64,000 nt of DNA, taken from assembly GCA_907165135.1 (NCBI GenBank), contig OU015566.1:2790001-2854000 (forward strand). Reading direction: 5' to 3'. Both the position numbers and the translations under genes were made by a program. This document shows, one piece after another, positions 35,858 through 47,165 of this stretch (positions within the stretch are counted from its first letter, which is position 1; each line of letters starts with the position of its first letter). Source of the DNA: Oikopleura dioica. Taxonomy: Eukaryota > Animalia > Chordata. The notes below the pieces were generated by a model, which searched no databases, was not told the DNA's origin, and saw only the letters and a program-made list of their open reading frames with translations.

Positions 35858-37521
35858 ATGGCCTTATTTACGACAAACCTAAATAAACCGTTATTATGGG
35901 ACTCAATGATCAAGGGTGAAACTAAGTCGAACATCCAGAGATTCATCGAACCAGTGGCAATTGATGAAAAACAATTCCGTGAAATCCACGAAGAAAACAT
36001 GAAGAACTCAGACTTCAAGCTTTACTACTCAGACATGAAAGAGACTAAGGAAAGATGGGAGCAGGCAAGACGTGAGTCTTCACAAGCCTTGGAAACACTG
36101 AAGGAATGGAAGAAGAAACTGGAATGTTTCCCTCTTCTAAAGAAGTCCAAAGAATCCGGATCGCTACTCAAGGGTAAAGACAAAGACATCTACGAACTAA
36201 GGGAAGAAGGATTGGCGGATAAAATCGAGGAAGCTAAGAAATTGGACGACGCCAAGAATAAAGAAAAAACTAAGCTAAGAGAGCAGTGGGTCCACGCTGA
36301 TCGCCTCTGGAAAGAATTTTCCCTGACAATGCTGGGCCAGCCCTTCGCCTACGAAAGCGACGGTAAATTCTTCAGAATCGGAGGAGGAACAATCTCACTA
36401 CGACAAAAACCTAAGAAAAATCTGGACGAAATGGGAACTGAGTTTCGGGAATTCTTGATGGATAAGAAGAGCGTTACAACGATGAGCTTTGCAAAAATAA
36501 CTGAGATTCTTTACAAGTAAGATACCAACCATAAAACTTAGAAGAATTCTCCCCATTTAGAATTTCAGTAGATAAACCCAGGCGATACCCTGATGTAATG
36601 AATCTTGTTGGACATTTATGCATGATTACTGCTAAACGCTAACCCTAGATACGAGAAAGCCTGCGAACCTGGAACCCACGATCGCGGACAAGTAGGAGAG
36701 GTACTCAACTTCGTCCGAGAAAATCCGACCTGCTCAAGACAAGATTTCTTAGATGAGGCAATGAAGATTGCAGATGCGGACTTCAAGGTCGAGCTTCAAC
36801 GACACATAAAATCACTAAGAAAAAACAAAGAATATGAAAACGATCTGAACAATTCAATCGACCCCACAACTGAGAGAGATGAAATACTGAAACAAGGACG
36901 CGCAGACTTCCAGGTCGCCAAAATGATGCAACGGAAGCTGGCACCCGTTCGGGAACATTTAACTGAGGAAGAAAGATCGAGGTAATCACGAACAATTATG
37001 CGGAACTTAACGCAATTCTTGAAATTAGAATATCAATCTTAGCACGACTTAAAATTATGTACCAGCTCAGAAAAAAGAAACATTACGGTTTCCATAACTT
37101 AGGATTTAGATATGGCCTCCAGTTCAGCAGGAGAGGGAGCCGCCCTGACAACCGACGAAACAACTTCCAAGAGCAGCGTCGACGACATGGAAACTCAGAT
37201 CGACGTGACAACGGCTTTAGAACTGAGCGAAGAGAACGATACTCAGGGCGGGACTCAGGAAGAGATCGCCGGGAGGGCTTCGATTACCGACGACGGGATC
37301 AACGCCCTTTCAATGACAACAGGCGGTTTCACAATGGCAACGGCAACCACAACAACTCAGGATACAACAACCGACGTGGTTGGGGCAGCAACAACAGAAA
37401 CAACTCAGGCAACTACAATGGCGGCAGAGGTTACCACGGAAGAAACCGCGACAACTCAGGTTACAACGAAAATCAACGACGAGGAAATGCTCAGCCTTCT
37501 GAACAAAAGATGGAACAGTAG
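35858..37521 (+). CDS. Element gene 7: helical charged protein with predicted Arg/Gly/Asn-rich RNA-binding tail (Gag/nucleocapsid-like), spliced
   Basis: atttag|aATG at 35858. ORF segments 35858-36520, ~36650-36981 and 37110-37521. Intron 36982-37109 is phase-compatible; the middle join is unresolved. Confidence 0.55.
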
Positions 37522-37676
37522 ATGATATGAAGAATATGACAACTGAGAGAACTTAGAATTACTTAGAAAAACCTTCCTTATGCTCAGTAATTGGAAAAGT
37601 CTGCACTTATCTTCAATATATCCCACGTATACCTCATATAACGCCACAGGATCTAAAAATTCTCCCGAAACTTAGA

Positions 37677-38770
37677 ATGAAAGACCGAGACTGGGCAGTG
37701 AACGAATGGGTCCGCGTGGGCCTGAAAAAGAATACCAACTCAGAACGATTGGACGACGAGAAGATGCAGGAGTTAGTAGGAAACTTAGAAATAGATAACC
37801 CGGGTAAACCCTACGGATGGACATTAATCCAATCTCAACTAATTTATGCACTAGAAGAGTCCCTAAGATATCAACTAACAAATGGTGCAATTCAGACGTT
37901 AAGATCCTACATAACTAAGAGAACCCGGGAGCAAGCGAAAGGAGAACTGTATGAGCCAAATCCGCCTCCCTTCTTTGGATGGGAGGACATGAAAAAGTAT
38001 GGAATACGATGTGGTACCCTCACCCAAAGAAAAACTTAGAAACTCGGCACAAGGTGGTGCTCGTGAGCTACATTTGCTACGTTACTGGAGCCAGAACTAA
38101 TGAAATTTGCAACATCAAGATCCAAGACTTAGAGGAACATCAAGAGGACGATCACACTTTCCTCAGAATGCCAATTAGGGTAAGCAAGAGTAACAGTAAA
38201 AAGACAAGGAGAGAAAGTGTGATCCTTATTTCTAAGCCAACGGATATTATCCCAGTCATGGAACGATTAAAACTCAGCATCGGGAAACGAAAGAAAGGCC
38301 CGGTCTTTCAAGAAATGAATACAGCTAAGGTCACTTATTTTTTGAAAAAGACAGCGAAAACCTTGGGCTGGAAGATCGCGCCACGGGCCCACGGAATGCG
38401 GTTGGGATACGTTCTCAACTCTTCGATCGGAGGAATCGCGGACGACGAGATCATCAACTCCTGCCGTTGGAGAGACGACCAAATGCTGAGATATTACAGA
38501 AATCACCACTTAGAAGCGACGAAGCATGGATCGGCCTTCAAAATATACCAACAAAACGAGAAACTGAGACTGGGAGACATCGAGGCTAAGAAAGCTTGGT
38601 GCGAAAGATCGACACAAACACCGGATTGGGAACCCCCTAAGATGGTCCAAACTAAACTGAGAACAATCAAGAAAATGGCGGATGGACAGACTCAGACGGA
38701 AGAAATTACATCCGAAAATCAGGAGGAAACTTCTATCTTCGAAAAATTTCTGAGAGACTCTCGACACTAA
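37677..38770 (+). CDS. Tyrosine recombinase, split by a -1 frameshift at the A5 run 37992-37996
   Basis: TGARTNEI (R), HGMR (HxxR), CRW and MLRYY (W, Y). Adding one A gives a continuous 364-aa ...WEDMKKVWNTMW... Confidence 0.9.
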
Positions 38771-38819
38771 ACTTAGAATTTAACAAGATTACCGAAGTTG
38801 ACAAAGACCGATCTTCAGA

Positions 38820-39864
38820 ATGCTATCCGTGAACATGCTCCGAAAAGGGCAACGACTCAACACTTGTGGATCACTCAGGTGTATCTGGTCTCCAGTCACA
38901 CCGGCCGATGCCTGTGATGCCCCAGAAGAGAGGAAGGACCAGCTCAACTTACAAGTCTCCATGGCCTGTCAGTCTGCCAGTTACTGGTATGCAAACAACT
39001 TAGTGAAAATGGTGAGAGATGGCGAAAACAAGGAAGAAGAGTTCAAGAACCACCTTGACACTTTAACTGAGAAACACCACTACGACTGGCACGAGGTGAA
39101 GTCTTTCTATCACAACGTAAAGAACCACTCAAACATAAACGCTGTGCTGGAGAAATGGGAAAGGTAGATCACCTACACGTGATTTATCGGGATACAAAAA
39201 ATTTTTTAGTTTAAAACAACTGAGTATCATCAAGATCGCCAGAAGGGACAAGAACGTCGACGAGAAGCTGGAGAAGATGGAGAGACGAATCGGCATCCAC
39301 TTAGCGCAGGAGGAATGCGGACTGGCAGACCTTGACCTTGGAACCGACTCGAAAGGGACAATCCAGAAAACTCTGCATAAAATCTGCGAAGAAGCATTCC
39401 TTAGTGACATACAGGTGAAGAAGCTTTGGCACTTAGCTTGTAGGGAACCGGGCCTCTCAAACAAGAAGACAAACATCTACGTGACGGGCGAAGCAACAAA
39501 CCTATACAGCTTAGAAGAGGAAATCGCCACTCATGCCCGTTGGGACAGGCTCGACAAGAAGTTCACGCTCGTCTATCTTTACGTGGATTCAGACGAGGCC
39601 CCCCTACTGGTGATGTATAATGGAGAAAATCCGACAATTCTAGACTCAACTCAGGATGACTGGACATTCAAAACTAAGACTTCCTGGACACGTAACGATA
39701 GAAAAATCAGCGAAATCCTTCAAGACTCAGAAAGCAAACCTCTACTCAGATATAACGACTCCACTCAGGCTGTTATCTTGTCACTCACAGGGGAACAGTT
39801 CAAGACTACGGCAGGAAGAAAACGACGAAACTCAGCATCACGACCTTTGACAGATCAAAACTAA
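38820..39864 (+). CDS. Element gene 9 (~332 aa), unknown function, one intron
   Basis: cttcag|aATG start. The 46-nt intron 39164-39209 (GTAGAT...TTTTAG) joins ORFs 38820-39167 and 39277-39864 in frame. AATAAA at 39908. Confidence 0.7.
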
Positions 39865-39961
39865 GGAATGTTATCTTGTATGTCTCCTCATGTATCAAAT
39901 TCACGGGAATAAACTTCATAAACGCCACACTGAGATGGGGTTCCAAATATGGAGAGGGAAC

Positions 39962-40005
39962 GTATTTGGTCTCCATTAGTTGTTATTTATTGATCTTTAC
40001 TGTAA
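39962..40005 (+). repeat. Split direct repeat B1 (44 bp), overlapping A2 by TAA
   Basis: gtatttggtctccattagttgttatttattgatctttactgtaa, identical to 42294-42337. Confidence 0.95.
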
Positions 40006-40295
40006 GAAAAGAGAAAAAAGGTTAACTTAGGCGTAGTCGAAATTCTAGAGTATAACTTAGTTGTTTTGATTATGGTGGCCAGTTCCGAGCGTGAGTGTTG
40101 TTGAAATCAGGTGCGCGGGTCACGATATTTCTAGAACGCTCCTGAGGATGGGCCGCGCTAAAGCAAAAAGTGAAAAACACTTCATTCTGAATTTTCTCAG
40201 AGAGGCATCAACACCTCTCGGAAAATTTTCTCAAAAAGCGCTTGAAGCGGACCGGAATCCGAAAACAAGCAGCTAAGAAAGAGAATTTGAAAATT
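40003..40295 (+). repeat. Split direct repeat A2 (293 bp)
   Basis: Identical to A1 at an offset of 14,994 bp. Confidence 0.97.
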
Positions 40296-42293
40296 CTCTA
40301 CCCACCCTTGCAAAAATTTCTCAGAACGAATTTAAAAACCATATAGATAACTGAGGAATAGGCGGTTAATAATTTTAACCTAAGATTGATTTCCGGGAAA
40401 CTTATTCGTAGAGTCACCACCATAACTTAGCTATAAGAACTTAGACACCGAAGAATACAACAATGAGAACGAGGGAGAAGGTAAACTGGAGATAGTGGGG
40501 AAACCATATCAATTACTAAGGAAGAAGTCGCTTATATTTTAACTAGGACGTGGATATTCGAGAAAACTCCTATAATTTTGGTAATAATTCGTACTTTTGG
40601 CAGAGCATTTCTAGCGTAAGGATCGATCACCATAACAAAGCCAAGAAAACTGAGATACTTGTATTTATCATTACGGGAAACAAACGATAAACTAAGATAA
40701 AGAATTGCACTAGTTTCTGTAAACTGATTGGTTAAACATACTAGAAAGATCTACGGACGGAAGAGATCCGAAGGATGCTAATTAAACTAAGCTACTTCTT
40801 CACTTTGTCTAGAACGCCAAATCTTAGAGTATAAGATATCGATTGAGACACGGGGAAAGAAATCCAAAAGTTTAGAAACCGAATGAGACTTAAGGTTTCC
40901 TCTGCTACTGGCTTCTCGCAGGGATCCAGCCTGAAAGCAGCTTTGGCCAATCTGAGTTCGAACACGGAGCTGGGATCAAGACTTAGTTTAGCGGCTTTCG
41001 TTGGATAGTCTCCTAGATGAAATTAAAAATGCCATAAAAACTCTCTCGGGCGACCGAGATAACAATCCTTTTGATATACAACAAATGACTTAGTAACTTA
41101 ACTATAATTCTTAGGATTATTAATCATCTTACTGAGTGTTAAGCTAGAAAACAACACGTGAAACGATATCAAGCTCGGTTCAACTACCTATACAATGGGC
41201 CATAATTTTTAGAACCATTTCTAAGTTTATTCAATTCCCAATCAGACCGGACATAGCAAAGTTAGGTAAAATAATCACCACGGTTAGAAATCTGTACGAT
41301 GATAATTTCGCTCTCTAGAAAGGGTATCAGGGGACCATAAAACATCTCAGATGGAATAAAACGGAAACTCAGGAAGAGCCGCGGGACGCGATTCAGGATT
41401 ATGATTTATCTTTAAAATGCGTACACTCGAAAACATCATGGCAAGTCCAGACAAACTTAGGGCATTAAAGAATGCGCTCAAGATTAAATCTCAAAAATGA
41501 TTATGAACCTAAGACAAGAATCGAATAACATAACCCTCAGATGAACTGATGACGGTGATTTCGACGAGTACATACCCCCGGCGTCTTTCGAGATAAAATG
41601 CTTAGCTACCATAATATTAATTATTCCGAGTGACTGAGACTCTCGAACAAATGACGGATACTTGAAGATCCTTTCTTAGGCCAGTAATTTAACTCTTCCT
41701 AAATGCTATCGAACTGAGACAATAAAACTAAATGTCCCGAGACACACCATTCATTCGAACGACCTTAAACCTTATCGTAGGATCACATGAGAAGTTACAT
41801 TTATCCTGAGTAGTTAAGGATGGGAACCAAGAGGCAAATTACCTTGCGAATTAGACAATTGAGTCGGATCATCGGCTAAAGCGAAAAATCTAAGGAAGAC
41901 TCTAAAAAAGGAACTTTAAGGTGCTCACACCCGTCGGGAATTCCTGAAACCCTCTAGAGAATCTCTTTCGGGAAGAACCAATCGATGCCATGACGGGCTT
42001 AGACTGAGTGAGGAGGCCCTTAAAACTGAGAGTTCGTGCAAATTAGTTACAAACAAGTTTTTCGTCACCACTAAAGAGTATTCTGAAACTTAGGAACACC
42101 TGAGATTAAGGCTCAAAAAGCACCGTTGTCGATAAAAAACCGTAATAACCCTTAAATAATGGTCACTAAGTAGTTTGTATCGAGACTTAATCTCCTTGGA
42201 TATAAGGAGTGATGAAAGATGTCTTGTGGACCTCAAGGATCATAACGGTAATAAGAATTTTTGCCCACCCTAGTTTACAGTAAGGATCGGTAA

Positions 42294-42337
42294 GTATTTG
42301 GTCTCCATTAGTTGTTATTTATTGATCTTTACTGTAA
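42294..42337 (+). repeat. Split direct repeat B2 (right terminus)
   Basis: Identical to B1. AT-rich host sequence resumes after TAA. Confidence 0.95.
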
Positions 42338-44319
42338 ATTAAGTTTATTCTTCTAATAATACTATTGTGATAAGATTCATAAATAACTTAATTGATAATT
42401 TCATTAAAAAATTAATAATAAAATTAAATTAATTCTTTCATCAAAGAGATTAAGAATCAAATCGATATATTTAAAAAAATAATTTTTGATAATAATGAAT
42501 AATTATTTTTGTTATGAAACCAAATTTTTTAACGCCAAATTTTCATATCAAAAAAGTCGCTCATGACACGATTTCTAAAGCAAATTATGATTCAATTATG
42601 AATTTAATAAACCGTTAATTTGCCACAGATTTCTTTACGAAATCATCAAAGCCTGCGTTTTGATTGAAATATCAACACTTGCCTGAATCTACAGAAAACT
42701 TTTTTAATATTCAGTTCTTGCTGATAAACAGCTGGTTTTGACAAGCTCCTTTTCTTCCACTTTTGAGCTTTTTTGTCGTCAATCGCAGCGGCCGGGTTAA
42801 AGATTTCGTTGTAAATCCTCCTAACATGATCCTTCAAACCAATAAAATTAACCGCAAATCGTAAAAAGGGAAGACTCTTACTTCGTCACGATAAGCGATC
42901 GCGCTGAAGCGACATGCCATTTGAATTCGAAGAATTTTGTCCAGGGGGACTTTTCGGCAATTCTGAAAGGACATTTAACCTATTTTTCAACAAAATTATT
43001 CCGAAAATTATCACTGATAGAATCCTTTTTTGGGTTTTTGCTCGAATGGACAGACTAAACAAACAAATTACTTGAATTTTTGAGATTTTTTTCAAAAATC
43101 CGATTGGTCCTTCCACAAAAAAATACCAGAAAGGCCAAGATGCTGATTATGCTGTGTCTAAGCTACGGTATCTTCAACTTGAGAAGACTTCAAGATTTAT
43201 TGTCGTCGTAAGCAGTTAAAGTTAATTTCAATGGCTGTTTATGAGCATTTTCTGTGGCTCGGCCTTCTCGTTGTGGGTTTTATGCGAAAGAAATTAAATA
43301 CGTCAGAAAAATTTTTGCTCTCAGAAAAAATTTTATTCATAGATTTTAGGATTTTCTAATCATGAATTTTCCAACAGCTTAGAATAAAGCATTTTCCATA
43401 GTAATATTGCTTGGAAATCTCAGAAACTTCATTCTGCTTACCTCTTCTATCCATGAAGCAGCTTTCCCTTCAGCTCTTATCTTTCAAGGATTTTGAACAA
43501 AAACTTTTTCTTGCAAAAACTCTTATCGATTCAAAATCCGTCCCGTAGATCCAATCATCCAGTGCCACCATCTATTGCAACAGCGATCTTCTTTATTCAA
43601 ATTCTTCTCATTTTCTTGCTTTTGAACCTTCATGCTCTCTGCCATGATAAAGTGCTTTTTCTTTCTCAGTTATTTCCGCCGAATTCTGAGCAGAATAACG
43701 ACCATCGGTCTTCTACTTGAGCTTCAATTTTATTGACAACGCAGATTACAACCTGCCAACTTGGCAGTTTTCGAGAAAATTACTGCTTATTCTACGGCGA
43801 TAATTCAATAAAAAATCGTTTTTTGGAAGAATGATTGAAAACCTTAAGAATTAAAGCTGTCGAATAGAAGGAAATAATTATTTTTTTTTACTAGAAAAAT
43901 TTTATATTCTAACTTTTATTATTATTTTTCGTCGAAATTACGATCTACTAGTGCCAAATCGTTAGTTTTTATTATACTTAGGTTCAATTTCTTTCAATAT
44001 GAAATGAACAGTTCCGAACTTCTTTTTTCTTGAAAATCTCAAGAAGAAAACAAGTTCTTAAGATTTGACTCACAAGCGGAAAATTCTTTTTACCCTAATC
44101 CAATCATACAAGTTGGCCAAAAAACGTGGATTTGTTTTATGCTTACTTTGAACAATTTTTTGCATGCTGTGTTGATTTATTTGGTACAATTAACAGTCTT
44201 GAGATATTCTATCTCAAAAAGGAATAATCTGTAAAAGTCAGTCTTCGTTGTTTTCACGGCTCAAAAACTGGAGCGATCCTCTAGAATGATATTTTATTTT
44301 TCATAATCGCGAAAAAAAC

Positions 44320-46343
44320 TCACTTGTCATCTTGATTTTTCGCCCATTTTTGCGCCTCAGAAGTGCCGAAAATCAGAAATGCCGCGGCTCCGACGAAGTA
44401 GACGATCGCTGTAAGCCAGAAAACAATGAACCATCCTGTTATTCCCGAAAACAGGCTCAATAAGAGTCCCGTCACTGCTGGCCCGATGAAGCCTTTTGAA
44501 ATGGTTCAAAAATTAAAGATTGAAAAATTGTGAAATCAAGGAAGAAAACCTCAAATAAGGTCAATTTTCCGTTGTCAAAATCGAATTGAACCATTTCCTG
44601 GTAGTGATCCAAAGGTATTTGCCATGGCATACGTAATTCCCGAAAGACCTTAAATTTCAAACTCAAAATTAAAAAATGAAAATCAAATCTTACCCGGAGC
44701 AATTTCCACATGATTTGCCTTGAACCCACTTGTCGTAACTCCATCAAATGACAGCGAAATCGAAAGAAGAAAAACGATCACCGGTGCATTACAACCGACA
44801 TGGCCGGCAAGAGCAATCGAGATTCCAGCAATGCAGAGGCCACAAGTCGACATGATTTTACGAACAGTGATGGTCTTCATTTGCATGTGACCAACGAGGA
44901 AATCGGACAAAACACCAGAAATCATCGTCATAGCTGGTTTAATTAGCGCTGGTATTGCGGCTGAAATGATTGTTATCACGGTGACGCCCTTATTATTCTA
45001 CTTAGTAAGTTATACTAACAGAAAATCGCTGCAGATTTGATATTGTAATGAAGCTGTTCATCCAAATAACTCGGCATGTAGCTTGTCATAACGTAACTGC
45101 CAAAATTTCCGGCGGTGTGAGCAATCACGATTGCCCAAACTGGAATGCTCGTCAAAATGCTTTTCCATGGAATAACCAGCCGTTCGTTGGTTAATTCTTT
45201 TTTGTCTGAGAGGATGAGGGTGAGCTCTTCTTTTGAGATTGAATTGTGATCGGCTGATTTTTGGCTCTAGAAATCAGTTTTCAGAGAAAAAAGGAGCTGA
45301 TTAAGTTTGCTTAGAAAGATAATTCTAGAGCCAGAGCTGGAGTATCAAAGCAAAAATACCCAAGCGCCGCTGCAAATAGCATCGAAACAACTCCAGTGAA
45401 ATAAAAAATGAACTGCCAACCAAACTCGACGGCTAACCAGCCATTGATTGGGTACATCACAGCAATTCCGATTCCAGCGCCGGCGAATTGAATCGAGACC
45501 AGACGGCTCAACTCGCTAGATGGTGCCCAGCTCCCCCAGAGAGCCATGAAGGTCGGGTAGCAGCAGCCTTGTAAGAAGCCAATCAAGACTCGCATGAAGA
45601 TGAAAAATTTGACAGCAGCGGAATCTCGGAGCTGAAGCATGACATATGGCAGAAGCGAAGTCAACAATCCCGCTCCAAAGAAAGACATTGTCAGAATCTT
45701 GATATGTCCGTATTTTCTGCCCGCCCAAGCGCCTGGAATCTGAGTGACTGTATATCCAATGAAGTAAGAACCGAGAATCTGGCCCTTTGCCTTTTCATCC
45801 CAAGCGTATCGCACTCGCCGTTCTTCCTCCATGATGTATTCTTCTGTTGAGTTTTTCGACTCTTCCGGATATGGACAAATCGTGTCCTCGAGAAAAGTTG
45901 AAGAATTTGACGAAATTGATGTCTCTGGAATTTTATTTTTCTGGACCATTTCGACGATGGCGATGGAGACATTGCTTCGAAGGGAATAGACATTGAAAGT
46001 AGTGAAAAATCCGAAAATTGCTTTTCAAGGCTTTGAGGATTCGGCTCGAAAAACTGTCCAGAGAGCCTGAGTCAGGGAAGTTAAAAATCCGCACAGGGTG
46101 GGAAAGCTCTTTTGAGACCCTGACTCAGGTTTTCTACACAGGTTTCGGGCCAGATTTCTACCGTTGGCTTGAAGCCCTGGTCCCTAGAACATATCTCTTT
46201 GGTAAAAATTTCATTGTTTGTTCTTCTCGTTGAGCAAGTAAAAATTTTTTAAAGTGCAAATATTCTCGTTCCAGCTTCTTGTTTGCCTTGACTTTGTCGT
46301 GTTCTCTGATACGCCGTTTTTCCAGCTTCCGTTTTTTTGCCAA
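44320..46343 (-). CDS. SLC17-family (sialin-like) MFS anion transporter; start approximate
   Basis: FLPKRYVL, LRSNVSIAIVEMV, WDEKAKGQILGSYFIGYTVTQIPG, WAPSSE, GWQFIFYFTG, IPWKSILTSIPVWAI, NHVEIAP. Confidence 0.9.
46054..46143. mobile_element. CCTGAGTCAGG-ended MITE-like element in an SLC17 intron
   Basis: cctgagtcaggg ... ccctgactcaggttttctacacagg. Confidence 0.5.
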
Positions 46344-47165
46344 TAAAATGGTAATTGTTACGAGAAATTGTAACCGATTACGAATTTTCTTGAAATGAAA
46401 AAGGTCTTATTCGAATTCGAGATTGTTACGTATTTTTGCGTTGGGCAATTAATTTTATTTTATTCGGCCGATTCTGCCGCCATAAAAGGTTCTTTCCTCT
46501 TTGATCATTCAGACGAACTTTGTTGGCTCGCGTTGAGTTTTAATCGTAGATAAATTGAGAGCAGTCATTTTTGACTGTTAGATAAAAGAAGGTTTTCTTC
46601 TCCTGTTCTACCCGACTAACTCAATTTGAAAAATGCTTGCTGTCAAAAAATCATCAAAAATCCCTATTTCCATCGAAAAAAATTGTTCGATCATCATCAT
46701 TTTATCCGAAAATAACAACGGTCCATGATGAACCCACGTGGCTCCATGTTGAGTAATTCATCCCTCTACGGATCCCTCCCCGTGAAGAAATAACCGGATC
46801 GGAAGTGATTACCAAAATGCCAACTTGAAGTGAAGGCAAAATATCAAATCCACCAGCAAAAAATAACTATCAACGATCAGAAGAGGCTTCGGCTCGAAAA
46901 CTGCTTTTATTAATTTTTTATCGATATAATAGGGTTCATCCTTTGTTCTCTAAAAAGATAATCCGACAAAAAACAAACTACCACGTTTAAAAACAGGTTA
47001 AAGAAAGCCTCAGATGTGGTAAACACACAAATCGACATGGCGTTCCGGAAAGGGCAATCCTTTTAGCCACCGATTGCTGCATCAATCGCTTTACCCCAGA
47101 CTGGTATATAAATCGCTCCATACCAAATCGCTCAGAAGAAAAAATAGAAGTTGAAATAATCAACA

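Larger units (their letters stand above)
25009..42337 (+). mobile_element. Giant (17,329 bp) tyrosine-recombinase retrotransposon (DIRS order; PAT/Ngaro-type split direct repeats)
   Basis: A1-ORFs-B1A2-spacer-B2 repeat layout. RT/RNaseH/MT ORF and tyrosine recombinase ORF. TAA shared by both ends and the internal B/A junction. No integrase and no TG..CA LTRs. Confidence 0.92.

Noticed and set aside
25009-40295. A1/A2 as LTRs of a gypsy/copia/BEL element
   Set aside because: No TG...CA ends, PBS/PPT, flanking TSD or DDE integrase. A YR gene and the second repeat pair (B1/B2) fit split direct repeats instead.
46600-47130. Possible minus-strand multi-TM gene fragment
   Set aside because: Hydrophobic stretches are interrupted by stops and no convincing splice model was found.
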